Below the pieces are notes generated by a model. That model was not told the DNA's origin and ran no database searches. It worked only from the letters and a program-made list of their open reading frames with translations. Below are positions 59,161 to 64,000 of a stretch of DNA of 64,000 nucleotides, in pieces. The stretch's first letter is position 1. Each line of letters begins with the position of its first letter. The translations under genes were made by a program, and so were the position numbers. The stretch comes from Gemmataceae bacterium. GTDB taxonomy: Bacteria > Planctomycetota > Planctomycetia > Gemmatales > Gemmataceae. The stretch is from NCBI GenBank assembly GCA_003136315.1, contig PLDW01000516.1:53086-117085 (forward strand), in the 5' to 3' direction.

Positions 59161-59346
59161 ATGGAAAAGGAGAGATATTCAGCCGAAGAGCTGGCCGCCC
59201 TGTTCAAAGAAATCCGGGCGGATGAAGCGGCGGGGAAGCGTGAGGATGCGCACTGGTACAGGAAGGAAGCCTTTCAGGAACTGCTCAACGGGCAGCCAAA
59301 GCCTTCAGTCCCTGAGAAAGGCGAAGACAAGGGCATCGAGAGATAA
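59161..59346 (+). CDS. small charged hypothetical protein
   Basis: GGAGAG RBS; operonic position before the xis-like gene. Confidence 0.55.
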   Translation: MEKERYSAEELAALFKEIRADEAAGKREDAHWYRKEAFQELLNGQPKPSVPEKGEDKGIER

Positions 59347-59354
59347 GGTGCTGT

Positions 59355-59621
59355 ATGACTGTTGAAGAAAGGCTTGAGCATATCGAAAACCTGCTGGTCG
59401 TGCTGGTGGAACGCCAGCAGGTCCGGGAATGGTACTCGGTCGAAGAATTCGCCCGGATCGTCGGGCGTGCCGAGTTCACTTGCCGCGAGTGGTGCCGCCA
59501 CGGTCGCATCAAAGCGGAGAAGAAAGACAGCGGTCGAGGTGCCTACACTTCGTGGGTCATCCCCCATGCCGAACTGCTTCGGTTCCAGAAGGAAGGGCTG
59601 CTGCCTGCGAAGGTGGCGTAG
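59355..59621 (+). CDS. excisionase-like HTH protein
   Basis: WYSVEEFARIVGRAEFTCREWCRHGRI; convergent with the integrase. Confidence 0.82.
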   Translation: MTVEERLEHIENLLVVLVERQQVREWYSVEEFARIVGRAEFTCREWCRHGRIKAEKKDSGRGAYTSWVIPHAELLRFQKEGLLPAKVA

Positions 59622-59655
59622 GCGACGCACAAAGGCAGGGCTGGCAAGTGGTCGC

Positions 59656-60960
59656 CTATCCGAATACGGCCTTCATGGCGTTGTCCTGCACGTCGGGATA
59701 CAGGTGGGCATATCGCCTTCGCTGCTCGTCGGTGCAGTGGCCGACGAAACTGTCGATGATCCGCTGGTCGATGCCTTTGCTGGCCATCGCACTGATGAAG
59801 GAATGGCGGAACACGTGTAGCCCTCGCAGGATCTTCCATTTCGACACTCTCAAGGCCCGCTTAAAGTAGTTCGTCGCCTCGCAGGGGGTGATCCACCTGC
59901 CGTCCGCTTTGCAGAAAAGCGTCTTGCCCTTCGCCCTCTTGCTCATCCAGTCGGCCAGCACATCCTTCAGGAACGGTGTCAACGGAACTCGGCGTGTGGT
60001 CGTCTTGCTCTTGTCACGTTTCTTCTCCCGGATGGTGATGACGCTTCCGGCGAGGTCCAGGTCGGAGGGAAGGGCACGGATGATCTCCGACCGCCTGGTC
60101 CCGGTATGGGCAGCAAAGCAGAAAATCGGGTAGACCCACGGGCTGACGGGCCGGGCCTTCACCCACTCCAGCAACTCGGTAATCTCCTCGGGTCGAAGAT
60201 AGACGCAATTCCATACCTGGTCGGGATCGTCCCCTGCCGCAATGCGGCGTTCTGCTTCATCCCAGGTCATGAACGGAAGGCTCTCGGCGATCTTGGCGAA
60301 GTCGAGTCCCGTTCCAGGGAATTCCTCGATTACGTCAAGATGTCGTCGTGCCCAATTCCAGGCGGTGCGAAGGCTCACGATCTCCTTCTTGATAGTCGCG
60401 GCGGACGGGTGGCGTTTAGGCTTGTGCGGACTCTCAATTTTCGGCGGGCGGGGCTTCTTGAAATTCCGTCCGGGCTTGGCGGCGGCCTGCTTCTTCTGGC
60501 GTGCCTCGCGGTAGACGTTCGGGTCAATCCATTCATCAGACCGCTTATCCACATACCGTTGGAGGTCGGGGCGTCTCAGCAGCGGGATCACAGTTTTGCC
60601 GCCGAGGATGCGGGTCAGATGTTTAAAGTGCAAGCGGATAGCCTCCAGGGTCGTCTGCTCCAGTTTCTTCTCTTGGGACACGAAGTATGCCTCCCGCAGA
60701 TCATCCAGCGTCAACTCTTTTCGCGTGGTGGCGGCGAGTTGCTCCGGTGGCTTTCCCCGGTGGAGCATGAAGTCCTCGATGCTGCAACCATCCGGGATAG
60801 TGACCAGGCTCCGCTTGAGCAACCGCAGCAGTTCTTCGGTGGACGCCTTGTAGGTGGCGGCATCCTTCGCGGAGACTTCGCCAATAGAGAAGGTTCGTTT
60901 CTCATTCCTGTAGTAGAAGATAACCCGCCAGCCGCCGCTTCGCGACTCGATGGATGCCAT
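59656..60960 (-). CDS. int: tyrosine integrase of the tRNA-His island
   Basis: HTGTRRSEI (R), EKKRDK (K), HVFRH, GH, RRYAH (Y); start MASI at 60960; adjacent to attR. Confidence 0.93.
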   Translation of the reverse strand: MASIESRSGGWRVIFYYRNEKRTFSIGEVSAKDAATYKASTEELLRLLKRSLVTIPDGCSIEDFMLHRGKPPEQLAATTRKELTLDDLREAYFVSQEKKLEQTTLEAIRLHFKHLTRILGGKTVIPLLRRPDLQRYVDKRSDEWIDPNVYREARQKKQAAAKPGRNFKKPRPPKIESPHKPKRHPSAATIKKEIVSLRTAWNWARRHLDVIEEFPGTGLDFAKIAESLPFMTWDEAERRIAAGDDPDQVWNCVYLRPEEITELLEWVKARPVSPWVYPIFCFAAHTGTRRSEIIRALPSDLDLAGSVITIREKKRDKSKTTTRRVPLTPFLKDVLADWMSKRAKGKTLFCKADGRWITPCEATNYFKRALRVSKWKILRGLHVFRHSFISAMASKGIDQRIIDSFVGHCTDEQRRRYAHLYPDVQDNAMKAVFG

Positions 60961-60968
60961 AACGCACC

Positions 60969-60988
60969 TTGGGGATAATTTGGGGATA
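60969..60988 (+). promoter_or_regulatory. arm-type site pair directly upstream of the integrase start
   Basis: ttggggataatttggggata, identical to 1232-1251. Confidence 0.75.
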
Positions 60989-61119
60989 GTATTGGTCCAT
61001 ATGGACGCAATGCGACTCAAGTGTATTCTACGCTGGAGATGATGAAACCGCAAGAAAACCAGTGAAATTGCAGCGTGTTTGCCATGTTGGTGAAATGCGA
61101 CTGGAGAACTAGATCACCG

Positions 61120-61167
61120 GATTGTGGATCTGGACGTCGCGGGTTCGAACCCCGTCACTCACCCTCA
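61120..61167 (+). repeat. attR core (duplicated tRNA-His 3' half)
   Basis: 48-bp exact match to 1104-1151. Confidence 0.93.
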
Positions 61168-61173
61168 ACGTAA

Positions 61174-61201
61174 GAGCCGCAAACCAAAGGGTTTGCGGCT
61201 C
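61174..61201 (+). terminator. hairpin after attR (terminator-like)
   Basis: 12-bp stem gagccgcaaacc / ggtttgcggctc; no clear T tail. Confidence 0.55.
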
Positions 61202-61957
61202 GCGTCATAGTTAGAGTCTCGCAGGGGCGCGTAGATTTTGGTAGCAAAGTTGCGGTGAGATTGGTTGAGGTGGGGTTCGATCCACTCGATGCTCAACTCA
61301 ACAACTCGAAAGGGCATCCCAGGAGGCACAATCAGTCGCTGCCGTCTCTTATTGAAAAACAAGGCTGGGATAGCGACAACCGTGCCCCGACCCCCTATCG
61401 ACCGCCCGGGGTTTCGTGCTCCCGCGGGTCGCCTCCCTCACAATCCGCACAACCGACGAGGTTCCCCACGCGACGCACTGGGGAACAGTTCGAGCTTTGC
61501 GCCGAATGGATTATCCTTCAGAGGGAGTTCCTGATTCTTCCCCTGGAGCGGAATACCCAGGAGGGTGCTCATGCCAGACATAGGGCCTGGATGAGGTGGC
61601 GACGTCTCATTCGCGAGATTACGGGCCACGATCGTCGGACGACGAGCCGGTCAGACTTGGGTCTTGACATCACCGCGCGCGGGTGTCAAATCCCCTTTAA
61701 TCTGCCGGTGGGCACAATCTCATGCAGTTGATCGGACGTCGCTTCCTCTGGGGCTCTGGCGTCAAAACGATGATTGTGGGGTCTCGGGAGGGTATTTTGG
61801 TGCCCAAAACGCACCCGAAAACGCAGTTTCTCCAACAAAAGCGGCACTATATAATAACGGGTGACCTACAAAAATGAGGACGGCCTGTTTCTGCTGGGAA
61901 TCTGGACCATTGGCATCCACACCTCGCAGTGTTATCTCAGTGTCGAGGAGGTGAATT

Positions 61958-63289
61958 ATGTTCCTGTCCCCACTTCCTCCCGAAGTAAACGATCGTGGTC
62001 ACCTCGACGTCCCTCCTGGTCCGTACGCTTTCCGTTGGGGCGTCAACGCTGACGGGTATCGATGGTGTCTTGGCAGGACACTCGTCGATAAGAAGCAATG
62101 CCGAGAAGAGCCCGACAAGGACGTGGAGTGCTTCCAACAGTTCGAGACGAGGCTGAGTTGGGGGCTCATTCCTTCGGGGGAAGGGCTCAGCAACAGGAGG
62201 TCGGCAGAGGAAATCAGCACCACACCGCTGGAAACTCACCCCGGGTTGTTCCGGATCTTTGCCTCGTTAGATCCGTACGACGGAGAGGCCATTCTTGGCT
62301 TCGCGAACCAACACGGGCTGCTCGGTCAGCCCGAGCGACTCTTCCAGAACCCACCCCCAACAGAGATCCTGGATCGCGTACCGGGCGAGTACCGGAGCGA
62401 ACTTTTCGAGGACCTTACCGGAAAGAGAAGAGCGAATGATGTCACTTATCTGACACGGTTCCGTAAATTATTATCTGACAAATCTTATTCTAGGCAATCT
62501 CCAGTCACCCTGGCGGAGTTTGTTAACGTCTCGGAGTTCTTACTGTGTTGGGGCGAAACTAACAGTACATGGGCGTGGGCGATTCGAAAGCTCTGGACCT
62601 CAATTCGTCTGTGGGATCTCGTGAGCCGAGGAGACCTCGCTGGTTTGAGAAAAGTATTGAGTTACGGTGCCAGGAATAAAGTGAAGGATAACGAAGTCAT
62701 ACATCAGTGGGGATGGCATTTCACAGAGACATATAATATATCAAATTTTCGATCAAATAAAACAAATACAGAAATTCTCGAATTAGTAGAGCATGGTGAA
62801 GGTTCAACGATGACGTGGGGCATTCCCCTAGATGACGCCACCGTGGAACCACGTTCCGAGGATGCGTTCGACGTAGCCACAAACTTCGTGCGTAAGAATG
62901 TGGCTGGAGAGCTATACAAGCGAGTGCATCCTGATTTGGTGGTTGATCCGAGAACCAGGAAAGTCGTGCTGAAGATGCGCCCGGAAGACCTCCGCGCGGC
63001 GATGTGGCTCCAGTTTGCACAGGCGGTCTCCGGGAACAAAGAGTACAGGCAGTGCAGGCACTGCGATACTTGGTTTGAGTTGTCCGCTGCTGATAATGGA
63101 CGATCGAGAGGACGATTGTTCTGCACTGACCCGTGCAAAAGTCGGGACTACCGCCGCCGGAAGGACCGGGCACTGGCCTTGAGCGCCACAGGTTTGGTGC
63201 CGGTGGATGTCGCCGCGAGGCTCGCGTCCGAGGGTCTTGAGACCGATGCGGATACGGTCAAGAACTGGGTCTGCAAGAATGGGAAATAG
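61958..63289 (+). CDS. hypothetical protein with C-terminal CGNR-type zinc finger
   Basis: CRHCDTWF...RLFCTDPCKSRDYRRR. Confidence 0.78.
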   Translation: MFLSPLPPEVNDRGHLDVPPGPYAFRWGVNADGYRWCLGRTLVDKKQCREEPDKDVECFQQFETRLSWGLIPSGEGLSNRRSAEEISTTPLETHPGLFRIFASLDPYDGEAILGFANQHGLLGQPERLFQNPPPTEILDRVPGEYRSELFEDLTGKRRANDVTYLTRFRKLLSDKSYSRQSPVTLAEFVNVSEFLLCWGETNSTWAWAIRKLWTSIRLWDLVSRGDLAGLRKVLSYGARNKVKDNEVIHQWGWHFTETYNISNFRSNKTNTEILELVEHGEGSTMTWGIPLDDATVEPRSEDAFDVATNFVRKNVAGELYKRVHPDLVVDPRTRKVVLKMRPEDLRAAMWLQFAQAVSGNKEYRQCRHCDTWFELSAADNGRSRGRLFCTDPCKSRDYRRRKDRALALSATGLVPVDVAARLASEGLETDADTVKNWVCKNGK

Positions 63290-64000
63290 ACCTGCCCAGC
63301 ACCGCGGATGTCCCGAAACGGACGCAGTCGAGAAAGGGGTCAATCACGCCCCGGTCGTGTCGCACGTAGGTGGAATATCTCGCTCCAGGATTTCAGTTCG
63401 AGTGTCCTTCCCTTCCCTTCTCTTCTCGTTCAGTGCTCACGAACCTCAGCGATTCCTGGGTGTGAACGCGACGAGGGCTTGCCCGGAGTCCGCCAGTTCC
63501 TGGCCCCGCGAGGGCTGGCACAACCCCAAGTCGTGGCCAATCAGGCGGTCGTGAGCACCAGCCCAACCGACCCACGACCTTTGACGGGTTGAACCTGCTT
63601 GGCAATCCCCCACAACCCTGAGCAACTCTGTCTCGGACGGGAGACACCCGGGAACTGCCCAGGTGGCCGACCAAGAGACCCGGGCCGAGGCCCTCATCCT
63701 ACGTACTCGAACGCAAACCCATGCAGAACGATATCTGAAAGGACTGCACAAAGAGTGTCCGACAAAACAACTCCTCCCAACTATGGGATCCGGGTTGCCG
63801 CGGTTCGGCAACGAGTGCGACGCGCTCAACCTCCGAACAACGAGGCCGAACAACCTGATCAAGCTCGATGGGTGTGATCAGGCTGGTTGGTGCGGTGCTG
63901 CGGGCCACACAGGCCCAACAGTCTGGGCAGAGCTTCGGAGATCCTCATGAGAGGTCGGCCCAGCGACCGAGTCTAGAAGGTGATACTTTCGGTCCTGCTG

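Noticed and set aside
60106-60978. 290-aa + strand ORF
   Set aside because: Antisense to the integrase.
61120-61167. Second tRNA-His gene
   Set aside because: Only the anticodon arm to the 3' end is present; the 5' acceptor strand and D arm are missing, so it is attR.
63300-64000. Short ORFs at the window end, including a CPDCWAC stretch on the minus strand
   Set aside because: No supportable start, family or consistent frame within the window.

Overview
The window is host DNA (codon usage and gene types point to a Planctomycete) carrying an apparently complete ~60 kb integrative element inserted at tRNA-His(GUG). The intact tRNA is at 1073-1147, a 48-bp copy of its 3' part recurs at 61120-61167, and a tyrosine integrase plus excisionase-like gene sit inside the right end. 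The left ~25 kb is a dense defence island. It holds a PIN/HTH toxin-antitoxin pair, an SMC-like ATPase + TCAD9-like kinase operon, a complete BilABCD-like ubiquitin conjugation operon, helicase+DUF2290, an intact AbiE type IV TA pair plus split AbiE remnants, a second ubiquitin-like system (Ubl, E2-E1/ThiF, DUF6527) and a sigma factor/IrrE-peptidase module. The middle is a leading region (methylase-helicase, ParE TA, ArdC, ParB-like), a foreign AT-rich AlpA/P4-type integrase fragment and an ECF sigma/Ser-Thr kinase cargo. The right is a mobilisation module (MobF relaxase, VirD4-like coupling protein, small membrane proteins, no VirB4). The best candidate for an undescribed system is the operon at 17013-18972. 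Two paralogous genes (beta-barrel + short motif + helical bundle) and an AbiTii-domain gene all share one RHIM/amyloid-like motif, G-x-[IM]-x-[NH]-S-[AQ]-[IL]-Q-x-x-S-P-[GH]-A-[TS]-Q, suggesting amyloid-templated signalling from two sensors to an abortive-infection effector. All family assignments come from motif recognition by eye; no searches were run.
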